This document shows positions 18,701 to 27,184 of a stretch of 64,000 nt of DNA, piece after piece. The notes under the pieces were generated by a model. It worked only from the letters and a program-made list of their open reading frames with translations. It did no database searches and was not told the origin of the DNA. The stretch lies in the IMG/VR virus record IMGVR_UViG_3300042892_001069. The stretch is one strand, 5' to 3'. Made by a program: the position numbers and the translations under genes. How positions within the stretch are numbered: position 1 is the first letter of the stretch; each line of letters opens with the position of its first letter. Source of the stretch: a virus (Duplodnaviria; Heunggongvirae; Uroviricota; Caudoviricetes).

Positions 18701-21645
18701 GATTCAAAAATACCATTATCCCTAAATTCGTCAGCAATTACACTGGCTCCCGAACCTGCGCCTGTAAACGCAAACGATGCGCCTGTATAATTTTGACCAG
18801 CGTTGCTAAATTCTAATTTGAGAAGTTTGTTAGTTGCCTCTCCAATAAATGCTGATGCTATCTGAGCATGTTGATTTCTATTATTAACAGTGCCAGTAAT
18901 AGGAACTTCAGTAAGATCAAATCCTTCAGCTACGCATCCGTAATCACCATAAGATGTATTTCCGTTAGTAGCACGAATTCTTCCGCCGTTTTCCGCAATA
19001 TATCCGCAATGACTATAATAAGCAAACACTGATACTAATTCAGTTAATGAAGAAGGACCGGTACACCACACGCCGATACCTTCGCTAATCAGCGTGGTAT
19101 AGTCGTTAGCAACAATGGATCTGTTTCCACCGTTGTGTAAAGTTCCGTCAATCTTTAATCCAACACATCCTTTTCCAAATAAGGTAACGTTTTGAGTATA
19201 TGGTGATTTAGTAGTGATGTGTACCGAAGTGTCATCTGGACCCGTTCCTGGATCTAATGATGTATATGCTCCGCCGGTTGGTCGTTTAGAACCATATGAG
19301 TTTGCCGGACCTAATCCGCCAAGTAGTCCAGTCAATGTCATGTTACGAATTCCGCAAGCGTTACGAACATAAAACATATCTTTAATTGCGTCACCGCCGT
19401 AAACGGCTGCAGACTGATCGACAGTGTCTGTTAAGGGTAGTGGAACAACGCCATTTGCTGTAAATGACACTTGGAATGTTGTTGGTGTAATTGATGAGCC
19501 AATTACATAATATGTTTGTCCGGATTCGAGTCCTGCAAACCCCCCAAGTGTTGCCGTCATTGCGCCAGCGGCATCAATTTGAGTAACAATTACTGAGCTA
19601 CCAAAGGCGGCACTGACTGTAATAGTAGCAGTTACAGAATCGTATGATTGTATATAATAGGTTGTTCCTGCTACTATGTTACCAAAAGAGGAAGGGCCAG
19701 TAAACACTACCGGCATATTAATATATGCTCCGATGGTGAATCCTAACGTAATCTTATTGCCATCTGACGATGTAGCGGTTGCTGTGGTAATAATTGTAGG
19801 AGTTACTATTTGTATGTTTATATTTGCTGTAATACCAACTGTGGTATTAACAGTAATTCTATTGGTAGACGAGCTTGAAGCTGTTGCAATACAATTAATA
19901 ACAACTGCTGGTTGAATAACCGTACCCCGCAATTCATCACCTACTAAGGCAACACCTGCCGGAATCTTAATTGGTAGTGTTTCATTGTACGTACCAGTCT
20001 TAATATTAATAGTTGCCGGGCCCACTAGTGGACCGTTTGGCTGACCAGGAGCCGGTGACCCGCCGCCCTGTTCGCAGGCGTACTTGACAGTTCTCCATGC
20101 CGTTTGAACTGTTAACCCATAATCTGGTCGGTCCGTTCCTGTTGGAGAGACATAATAAACTTTTCCAATAATTCCCCAACTATCCCATGACGGTACTGAC
20201 AGCAACGTGCTTGGCGAAATTTTTGCTTTTAATAATGCTCCGTCCACGCCAATAGCAACTGCTGCCGGGACACCTTGGTTAAATGATTGTATATCACCTT
20301 GTGTTTGCAAAGTTTCAAACTGCTCGCCTCTAACATATATGTCCCAGTTACCAGTATCAATTGTAGGCGGATTTGCTGAAAGATGTGTGTTGGTACAAAT
20401 ATATGCTGTTGAATAATATGTTACTACATCGCCGATAGTGAAAGTTGTACTAATTAACCATCGATTCATCCACTTCATGCTTGGGATAACAATTTCCCAG
20501 AACGCAGTATTATTCAATGTATCTTGATTTATACTGTCAGCAACCGCAACATATAGATAGCCACCGCGTCTTACTAGGTCACCAGTTTTATATGCTATGG
20601 CCGAGTCCCATTCATTACGAATATTATAATTCTTTACAAGTAGTGTCCAATTTACTGTACTAGTTGATGGAATGTTTGCAATATTGTTTGTAGTATTGCT
20701 AGTATACTGGTAGCCACCATAGGTAACTATATCACCTTTAATATAATAAACTGCAGCGTCCCATGCGTTGACAAACTCTAATCCAGGAACCCACACAGAA
20801 AAATTATCAGTGTTAAATCCAATGTCAGATGTATGTGAAATTACACAGATATATAAGTCAGCACCGTATTTTACAATATCATTTAATTTATATCGAGTAC
20901 TTGCGGTCCAGTATGTCTTGTATTCTATACCGTTGTGTAGTACACTCCAGTTACTAATATTAGGATCAATACCTGTAGCAAGTGTAGAGGCAGATGTATG
21001 ATTTAACGTACAAGTATATACAATTCCGCCGTATTTAACAATGTCGCCAATTTTGTATCTAGTATTAATAGCCCAGTCAGTTTTCCACTCATAACCATAA
21101 CTTAGTAAAGTCCAGTTTCCACTGTTTGCTTCTAATCCTAGCGCAGTAGTTGCCGAGGCCGTGTGTCCTAGAGTACATTTATAAATTCTACCGCTGTAAC
21201 GCACAAGGTCATTTAGTTTATATCTACGAGAAGGAGTCCAATCAGTGGTCCAATTATCACCAATAGCATACGCCGTCCATTTACTTTGATCAGATTCTAG
21301 CCCCAGTGTTACCGTCGATGCGCTAGTATGACTTTCGTTACAGATATAAACTATTCCGTTGTATCTAACATAATCACCTAGATCATAAAAAGTAGTACGT
21401 TCCCAGTTGCCTTTCCATTCGTATCCGTCAAACCATAGTACCCATTTTGGATCAGCGAGATCTGGTTGAGGCGTAGTATTAATAAATTCTAGATCAGTAT
21501 TAAAATCAGCTGACGCAGTGTGCCCCACTAAACATACATAAGATTTTCCGCTGTATCGAACAATGTCGTCTTTAGTATAGACGGTGGCGGTTGCCCAGTC
21601 TGATTTCCAAGTAAATCTAATTCTGTTTAATTTAAATTCTGCCAT
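15703..21645 (-). CDS. Giant tail-fibre/appendage protein, 1980 aa
   Basis: Same MAEFKL.RIRF.WK start, core and C-terminus as 6606..15641, but without the CxRD repeats. Confidence 0.75.
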   Translation of the reverse strand: MAEFKLNRIRFTWKSDWATATVYTKDDIVRYSGKSYVCLVGHTASADFNTDLEFINTTPQPDLADPKWVLWFDGYEWKGNWERTTFYDLGDYVRYNGIVYICNESHTSASTVTLGLESDQSKWTAYAIGDNWTTDWTPSRRYKLNDLVRYSGRIYKCTLGHTASATTALGLEANSGNWTLLSYGYEWKTDWAINTRYKIGDIVKYGGIVYTCTLNHTSASTLATGIDPNISNWSVLHNGIEYKTYWTASTRYKLNDIVKYGADLYICVISHTSDIGFNTDNFSVWVPGLEFVNAWDAAVYYIKGDIVTYGGYQYTSNTTNNIANIPSTSTVNWTLLVKNYNIRNEWDSAIAYKTGDLVRRGGYLYVAVADSINQDTLNNTAFWEIVIPSMKWMNRWLISTTFTIGDVVTYYSTAYICTNTHLSANPPTIDTGNWDIYVRGEQFETLQTQGDIQSFNQGVPAAVAIGVDGALLKAKISPSTLLSVPSWDSWGIIGKVYYVSPTGTDRPDYGLTVQTAWRTVKYACEQGGGSPAPGQPNGPLVGPATINIKTGTYNETLPIKIPAGVALVGDELRGTVIQPAVVINCIATASSSSTNRITVNTTVGITANINIQIVTPTIITTATATSSDGNKITLGFTIGAYINMPVVFTGPSSFGNIVAGTTYYIQSYDSVTATITVSAAFGSSVIVTQIDAAGAMTATLGGFAGLESGQTYYVIGSSITPTTFQVSFTANGVVPLPLTDTVDQSAAVYGGDAIKDMFYVRNACGIRNMTLTGLLGGLGPANSYGSKRPTGGAYTSLDPGTGPDDTSVHITTKSPYTQNVTLFGKGCVGLKIDGTLHNGGNRSIVANDYTTLISEGIGVWCTGPSSLTELVSVFAYYSHCGYIAENGGRIRATNGNTSYGDYGCVAEGFDLTEVPITGTVNNRNQHAQIASAFIGEATNKLLKLEFSNAGQNYTGASFAFTGAGSGASVIADEFRDNGIFESRILGSDFSAGGSGYLTSGNQAQAGDLQTITIASNDQNTFDNYYGMRVIITSGTGVGQYGYIAYYDAVGKIVTVGKEGTTALTSSATSATNNIISVQDTTSFPVGTAVVIVPNQQNTTGFLTSRTIVNISAGYIIGTTLYVTSVTSGAIAVGMVLSGSTILANTRIEANISGFSAGSVWRLSIGQTVGTVLAPVAITGVNNLVSLTSTVNMYVGELIVFSGSTFGNIVSGTQYYINNIIGSTVAISATAGGGVFTLANATGSMSVVAGGMLGGLTTGQIYYVIAANYSLIGFAVSTVPGGTAATVTTQTVGSFMAVHAVGWENIVAGTAAVTPIDSTTVYSIEPSIRFEEPPFQAQLKGMPVGNWKSVAFGNGRFVGISTTGTSVYSLTGSDWVAGGNLPAGTWATVTFGGVNNVFVAVNSASATVAWTTDAILWNTSTSLSLTGFNAIAYGGGKFIGIAPGSTNSAGTSVDGATWATLPSPLPVTATWNSIVYGSIGTWVAITGASNNVVAYSTDGGGTWAQSTLPASINWISVAWGNGRFVAIASGSAISAYSFDGITWIQSTLPVATLWTDLHYGQGLFFAVASGTTAATSSSDGASWRSRSLPNGLAWSSITFGNPAIDLIVTPGWVALANTGSISSAYIKTGARALGRVTVASSKISSIKLWEPGSGYLTSSAPTATITDPNYTLQVVTLCRTAAGVLGNPTFISRGTGYRTSTTVVTVVNGTGFADIYQTAKFLTISGLASLPTPGAALTISGDATQYRIVVINNLGAGTVNFQIAPPLSILVAPAHGVATSIRQKYSQCRITGHDFLLIGTGNQTITNYPNVDVTTALPFQQIVENNGGRVFQTSTDQDGNFKVGNLFQVEQASGIVTISADQLSLTGLQTLSLGGFSIGTNAIVITQFSTDSFFTANSDAIVPTQKAIKSYLSRNIAGGGANAQAGAVVAGTFGVGGPNRIYSTVQGQLFVRNSMNLRKGINGTMVAKSFFHSGFGSGNQK

Positions 21646-21673
21646 TTTCTACCTCAATATTTTTAACTTAGTG

Positions 21674-21681
21674 TATTTATA
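21674..21681 (-). promoter_or_regulatory. Consensus T4 late promoter TATAAATA, overlapping the upstream stop codon
   Basis: Plus-strand tatttata at 21674-21681. Confidence 0.75.
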
Positions 21682-22036
21682 TGCCGGCTGGATACGGATA
21701 TTTTGTATCGGTTCTTACGCACAATTGCCCGTTGGCATCAATATAATAGTATAAATTCCTGTTGTCCCAACGCATTTGTTCGTATTTTAAATTGTCATAT
21801 ATTAATTCATGGGTAACATCGCGACCCTCAAAAAAATCTACACCTGCTTCAAACTCAAGATAGTTACCGTCAACTGTGCCGTCGTTGTTAATCTGTACAC
21901 TATCTTCTCTGCTTAGTTGATTAATCCGAACAAAATATACTTCTCCGTCATCAGTTCTACGTAATGCGTAAAAATATTTTGGTGATCCGCCAAGTAAGTC
22001 GTTTGGTGTTCTTCCAAATTCGTAATTTTCTGCCAT
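21677..22036 (-). CDS. Hypothetical structural protein
   Basis: 119-aa ORF with an AAGGA RBS, packed within the fibre operon. Confidence 0.6.
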   Translation of the reverse strand: MAENYEFGRTPNDLLGGSPKYFYALRRTDDGEVYFVRINQLSREDSVQINNDGTVDGNYLEFEAGVDFFEGRDVTHELIYDNLKYEQMRWDNRNLYYYIDANGQLCVRTDTKYPYPAGI

Positions 22037-22047
22037 GTTAATTTCCT

Positions 22048-22374
22048 TTAAATAATCTCAGCATAGCTGATGACTGCATCAACACTTGCGGTAGTATCAC
22101 TAACAATACGTAGTGTACAATTTTCAGCAAGAATAATTTTCTCACCATTAGTTACTACTTTAGCACTAGTGTACGGCGCAATTACCAATTGCTTAATATA
22201 ATATCCTTCAACAGCAGTGTCGTTTATTATTTTAATATCTACAATCACATCCTCATCCTTTGTGTTTGCGAGGTTACACCCAATGATTGTAAATCTACTG
22301 GCAGCACCTGCGACTAAATCTACAGGAGTTGTTCCAATGTTTTTACTTACTGTTGTTCTAAAAAAGTTTGCCAT
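22048..22374 (-). CDS. Small beta-rich structural/adaptor protein
   Basis: MANFF...IIGCNLAN...GEKIIL...VDAVISYAEI; similar to 6273..6593 and 31142..31492. Confidence 0.55.
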   Translation of the reverse strand: MANFFRTTVSKNIGTTPVDLVAGAASRFTIIGCNLANTKDEDVIVDIKIINDTAVEGYYIKQLVIAPYTSAKVVTNGEKIILAENCTLRIVSDTTASVDAVISYAEII

Positions 22375-22380
22375 AATTTA

Positions 22381-25300
22381 TTATCCAAATATTAATGCTG
22401 ATGCTATACCAAGGCTGTTAGCTTCAATGGTTGTAACACCGCCAGACGCACCTGCTACACTGGTCCAAGTAACGCCGTCAAACACTTCAACAAGTTGTCC
22501 AGTAGTATTAAATCTAGTCATACCTATCTCAGTTGTTAGTGGTCGATCTAGTGAGCCGTTGCCAGATGGAATAACTACTCCGTTGGTTCCGGCAAATTTT
22601 ACATACCCTGTTCCAGTGCTGGTAAATTCTGTAACAGCGCCAGAGACCACATTAGTAACGCTATTGTTATAAATTCTTAAATTACCTAACCTAACTCCGC
22701 CGGTGCCGGTTGCTGTTAAATTTAAATCTGAGTCTGCGGTAATACTAGTAATAGTACTGCCGTTTAAATCCATATTACTTGTTTGAACTCTTTCAGCAAA
22801 CAACTTGGTACTATCAATTGTTACCATTAAGCTGTTGTCAGCATAAAAATATAACGTATTGTCGTTTGCGCCCGGGGTTGCCTCAGCAATAATCTTAGTG
22901 TTACCGTCAGTGTCTTCAACACCACTTAAGGTCTGCCAGTAACTGCCATTGTATCCTTCGTAACGATTTAAATCTGTATTAAATCGTAACATCCCACTGC
23001 CCGGGGTGCCTGGTCGATCAGTTGTGCCGTTACCCACTGGAATTTGTAAACTTTGCGTATTGTTAATAATTACATTGCCAGTGCCTTGCGGAGTAAGAAT
23101 AATGTCACTGTTAGTGGAAATACTTTGAATATTATTATCACTAACTTTGATATTTTCAATTACTACGTTGCCTAACCCGTTGGCCTGTAATTGTAAATCT
23201 GTTCCTGTCGTCGATACTGTGTTATTTTCAATTCTAACTTGCGGTAATTGTAAATATCCAGTGCTGGTTACATAGCCAGTGATGTCTAAATTGCCACTAG
23301 AAGTAAAATTACCAGTTTGTATAATGTCGCCAGTTTGCGTAATTGTACCAACAACTGTGGTATTTTTTAAGAAAGTTGTTCCTGTTGTAACTGTCAAGTT
23401 ATTGTCAACAGTTAAATTTTGATCAAACTCAACATCGTTACTTGGAACAACAATTTTTCCAGTTCCGTTTGCTGACAATATTAAATTATCATTACCAATA
23501 GTAGTGCTAATTGTATTGCTGTCAATAACTAGACCGTCAACTTCTAATCTGCTTAGATATGCGTTGTTCCAACGTAGGCTAGCAGTACCTAAATCATAAA
23601 ATGCTGTTGTAGCAGGTACAAGGTTACTGTTGATGCCCGCAACAAAGCTAATAGTGTCAGTTGTCTGATCGCCAATTTGAATGTTACCGCCAATATTTAC
23701 ATCGCCAGTTACATCTAAATTACCTGTAACAAAAGTATTATTTTGTAAATTAATTGCGCCACTAGCAGCCGTTACAATAATATCACCAGTTAGGCTGTCA
23801 ATATTATTATCGTGAATTCTGATATTGCCAGTTGTAATATCGGCTGGAGTAATTATTGTAGTGTTAACACCGTCAGTAAATGTTACACCAGTGGCACTGG
23901 TAATTGTTAATATCTGGCCGTTGAATACTACTTCGCCTGTTTTTTGGTTAACAGAAAAACCAGCTCCAACTGTAAAGTTACCTTCATTATCAACACTAGT
24001 GTGATAAATTTTTGCGCCGTTTAATTGTACAAATTCGTTAGCGGCAATTCGATCATTAGGGTCGTTAGTTAATAACTTTCCAGCACCAATATACGCAACG
24101 TTATGACTTACAAAATACCCAATAACTCCAATACCATCACCGTATACACCATAGTCACCATAGATACTAGCTGAACCGATTGATCTAACCTCAACTCCGA
24201 AGTCACTGTAGTCGGCAAAGTCAATTAATGTTGCGGTGCCACCGGCACTAGTTCTTAAGTCTTGGAATGTAATGCCATCGTCTAAAATAGTTGTAGAATT
24301 ATTGTTACCGTTAAAATGTAATAATAATACTGTACTTAGGTCGCCGGTCAGCTGTGCTGTAGGTACTGGGAATGTTGTGGTATAACGTGCTACACCTTTG
24401 CTAATTCTTACGTCATCAATGTAGCCATTAAATCCAAGAGTTCCATCAAAACGTGCGCCAATAACTAGCGGACATTGAATGTAATTAGTAATGTCGGTAT
24501 ATGTACTACCAACTTGTGTTCCATTAACAAATAATTTAGTGCTTGTTCCGTTTCTAGCAACGGCAACGTGTGTCCAAGTGTTTAATGCTATGGTGCCGCC
24601 TGATATAGCGGAAACTCCGTTTACAAAATATAGTAAGCTACCGCCGGGTTGAATATTTAAAAATGGAGCTGCTTGTGGAGTTGCTGTTCTAAAATCAAAA
24701 ATTACCTGGACAGCACTTTGGCCGCCAGTATTATAAATCCAAGATTCAATTGTAAAACTAGTTGCTGTTCCGCTAACGTCATCAGAGATGTCTGTATCCC
24801 CATGAACTAATAATTTAGTATTAAAATCGTCAACAAATGCTGTAGTAGTAGGGGTAAATGTTGCAGTATATCTTGCGGTATTGCTTACTCTAAAATCATC
24901 AATATAACCAGCAAATGCGGTTGTACCGTTGTATTGAGCGCCAACTACTAAGGGCTCTGTAGTGCCGTAGTCAGTTGCGTCAGTGTAGGTAGCGGTAGAT
25001 ACTACACCATTTATAAAGAATCTTGTTACCCCGCTAGCACGACAGATAGCAAGATGATTCCAAGCATTGTTAGTATGAGCATTACTACTTGTTAATACAA
25101 ATGCGCCATTTACAAATAATCTTAAATTGCCGCCACCGTTGGACTGAACGGCGATTGAATTTTCAGTTAATGTTGTTCTTGTATCAAACAAGTATTGTGT
25201 AGCTACTACTGTTTTATAGAACCAGCCTTCTATAGTAAAATCGCCTGTGCCAAATCCATAATCTGTATCTGTAGCAATGCTGAGATAGTCACCTGTTCCA

Positions 25301-27063
25301 TCAAAAGCAATACTACTTCCGCCAAATTTGCTTTGTGTTGCGCTGACTGAGGCATCACCGTTAACTGTAATTGTTTTAGCAATTCTTGATATAGTTGACG
25401 GAAAAGCAAAGTCAGGTTGTGTTGCTATACTGGCATAATCGCCAGTGCCGTCTAATGCTAAACTTGCTGTGCCAAATTTCTTAACTGCTGTGGAAAGTTT
25501 AGCGTTGCCTTGAGCGTATACTGTTTTTCCTGCGCGGTCAGTGATTGTTTCAAACCCTAAACATCGGCCAGTAAGATTTACATAGTTACCGTCAATACTG
25601 GTAATAGTTCCTGTGCCTAATACTGTTGTTCCGTCTGTACCATAATAAGTTACAGTGTTACCTACAGCCCATGTGCCAGTGCTAGTGTCAATGCGTAAGC
25701 GTGTTAATCCAGCACCAGCAAATCCTGCTTCACTAGAATATAAATTAAATCCTTTGTCAGCAAAATAACTAAATGAGTTTAACCACTCAATACGTACACC
25801 GTTGGTTGCTGTAACTGTTTCTTGGTTAGGTGTAAAAAATGTAACGCTATGAAATAGCATACTGGCTTCTTTACTTAATGCGTTGGCTACGCTGCCGTCA
25901 GCAAACACTCCTTTACCTGCGTCGTTTTGATCAAACCCGTAAGGATCGCTTGGGCTAGTAACACTTCCACGAGTTAAGACCGTTATGTTTTTAATGTACG
26001 GGCTACGATTAGATACTGTGAATCCTGTGGCAAAACGGAACCCATACCCAGTGTTGTTTGTACCGTTGTACCTAAATCCAGTAACGGTTAAATCTTCAAC
26101 CGTAGTCTCACCGTTGAGTAAGAACGCATCTTTGTCAACTGTTCCTGCAGTTGGCTGAATAGTAACAGCACGAATTCCAGCACCTTTAATAGCCGCCCCG
26201 GCAGGAATAGTTAGGGGGAATATCTCAGTATATACACCAGGGTAGATGTAAACAGTATCACCGGCACCAGCTAGACTTAACGCATATTTTACAGTAAGTA
26301 CTGGATTATTTTCGTGTTCGCCTGCGTTAGAGTTACTACCTGTAGTAGCAACATAATAGATATTGCCCTGTGGTAATTCTAAATTAATTCCGTTAATTGT
26401 AATCCCAGCAGTGGTAATACTAGTAGATTGAATATCAGTAGTATAAACATTAGCCCATCTCTTAAAAGTAGATCCTAAATCATATAACGGTGTATATAAC
26501 GGAGATTGGTTGTCTGGAATAATGTTACTGGCAACATCGGCTCTAAAGTCAACTGCATCGGTATTAGCATTACCAATGGTGATTAGTCCGGCCGAGTCTC
26601 CATCGACTTGTAAATTACCAGTTACGTGTAAATTACCGTCAATTAATGTATTGCTGTTAATATTTACTTGGCCTGTGCCTAGTGTGTTAAATGCTAAATC
26701 AGCATCAGTAACTGTTGTACTAATTGCGTTAGTTGTCAGTTGTAGGTTACTATTAACTTGTAGTTTACCTTGATAAACTACTGCGTTTGCGCCGCCTGGT
26801 TCTAAGTTAATAACTGAGTTTGAGCTTGCTATTGTATTGCCACTTAACGTAAATGTAGCAATTGTTGTTTGTGTATCTACTATAGCATTTGTTGAGCGGA
26901 CAGTTCCGTTGACATCTAAATCGTAGTCAGGTGTGCCAGTGTTTATACCAACGCGGCCATTATTAACATCAAGATAGAGTAGGTCTGTCTCAAAGGCTAA
27001 ATCAACTCCGTCACGAAGAAGATTGGACTTTAAGAGCGGACCTGAAATGCGACCAACAGCCAT
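22381..27063 (-). CDS. Large tail-fibre protein with two LamG/ConA-like domains (start moved to MAVGRISG)
   Basis: AAGGAG RBS before the ATG at 27063. Paralogue of 27185..30586 (GRI.GP...LLRDG.DLAFETDLLYL). Two FTIE.W...W.H.A..R...GYIDD.R.S LamG signatures. Confidence 0.75.
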   Translation of the reverse strand: MAVGRISGPLLKSNLLRDGVDLAFETDLLYLDVNNGRVGINTGTPDYDLDVNGTVRSTNAIVDTQTTIATFTLSGNTIASSNSVINLEPGGANAVVYQGKLQVNSNLQLTTNAISTTVTDADLAFNTLGTGQVNINSNTLIDGNLHVTGNLQVDGDSAGLITIGNANTDAVDFRADVASNIIPDNQSPLYTPLYDLGSTFKRWANVYTTDIQSTSITTAGITINGINLELPQGNIYYVATTGSNSNAGEHENNPVLTVKYALSLAGAGDTVYIYPGVYTEIFPLTIPAGAAIKGAGIRAVTIQPTAGTVDKDAFLLNGETTVEDLTVTGFRYNGTNNTGYGFRFATGFTVSNRSPYIKNITVLTRGSVTSPSDPYGFDQNDAGKGVFADGSVANALSKEASMLFHSVTFFTPNQETVTATNGVRIEWLNSFSYFADKGFNLYSSEAGFAGAGLTRLRIDTSTGTWAVGNTVTYYGTDGTTVLGTGTITSIDGNYVNLTGRCLGFETITDRAGKTVYAQGNAKLSTAVKKFGTASLALDGTGDYASIATQPDFAFPSTISRIAKTITVNGDASVSATQSKFGGSSIAFDGTGDYLSIATDTDYGFGTGDFTIEGWFYKTVVATQYLFDTRTTLTENSIAVQSNGGGNLRLFVNGAFVLTSSNAHTNNAWNHLAICRASGVTRFFINGVVSTATYTDATDYGTTEPLVVGAQYNGTTAFAGYIDDFRVSNTARYTATFTPTTTAFVDDFNTKLLVHGDTDISDDVSGTATSFTIESWIYNTGGQSAVQVIFDFRTATPQAAPFLNIQPGGSLLYFVNGVSAISGGTIALNTWTHVAVARNGTSTKLFVNGTQVGSTYTDITNYIQCPLVIGARFDGTLGFNGYIDDVRISKGVARYTTTFPVPTAQLTGDLSTVLLLHFNGNNNSTTILDDGITFQDLRTSAGGTATLIDFADYSDFGVEVRSIGSASIYGDYGVYGDGIGVIGYFVSHNVAYIGAGKLLTNDPNDRIAANEFVQLNGAKIYHTSVDNEGNFTVGAGFSVNQKTGEVVFNGQILTITSATGVTFTDGVNTTIITPADITTGNIRIHDNNIDSLTGDIIVTAASGAINLQNNTFVTGNLDVTGDVNIGGNIQIGDQTTDTISFVAGINSNLVPATTAFYDLGTASLRWNNAYLSRLEVDGLVIDSNTISTTIGNDNLILSANGTGKIVVPSNDVEFDQNLTVDNNLTVTTGTTFLKNTTVVGTITQTGDIIQTGNFTSSGNLDITGYVTSTGYLQLPQVRIENNTVSTTGTDLQLQANGLGNVVIENIKVSDNNIQSISTNSDIILTPQGTGNVIINNTQSLQIPVGNGTTDRPGTPGSGMLRFNTDLNRYEGYNGSYWQTLSGVEDTDGNTKIIAEATPGANDNTLYFYADNSLMVTIDSTKLFAERVQTSNMDLNGSTITSITADSDLNLTATGTGGVRLGNLRIYNNSVTNVVSGAVTEFTSTGTGYVKFAGTNGVVIPSGNGSLDRPLTTEIGMTRFNTTGQLVEVFDGVTWTSVAGASGGVTTIEANSLGIASALIFG

Positions 27064-27164
27064 ATGCGCTCCTTTATACACCGAGTTTCACGGATAACCA
27101 CCTTGCATTGCGGGTTTACCACAGTCGAATATCGTAAAAGTTTGGTCAACTTTTACAGTAATAG
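27064..27164 (-). promoter_or_regulatory. Candidate structured 5' leader behind late promoter TAAATA (27165-27170)
   Basis: 9-bp stem GTAAAAGTT/AACTTTTAC (27134-27156), then a GC-richer segment with short stems before the RBS. Confidence 0.5.
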
Positions 27165-27184
27165 TATTTAGTGGATTTTGGCTT

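Noticed and set aside
27085-27125. c-di-GMP-I riboswitch (GGTAAACC resembles GGCAAACC)
   Set aside because: The GNRA-capped P2 and the downstream GACGCAAAG-like element are missing.
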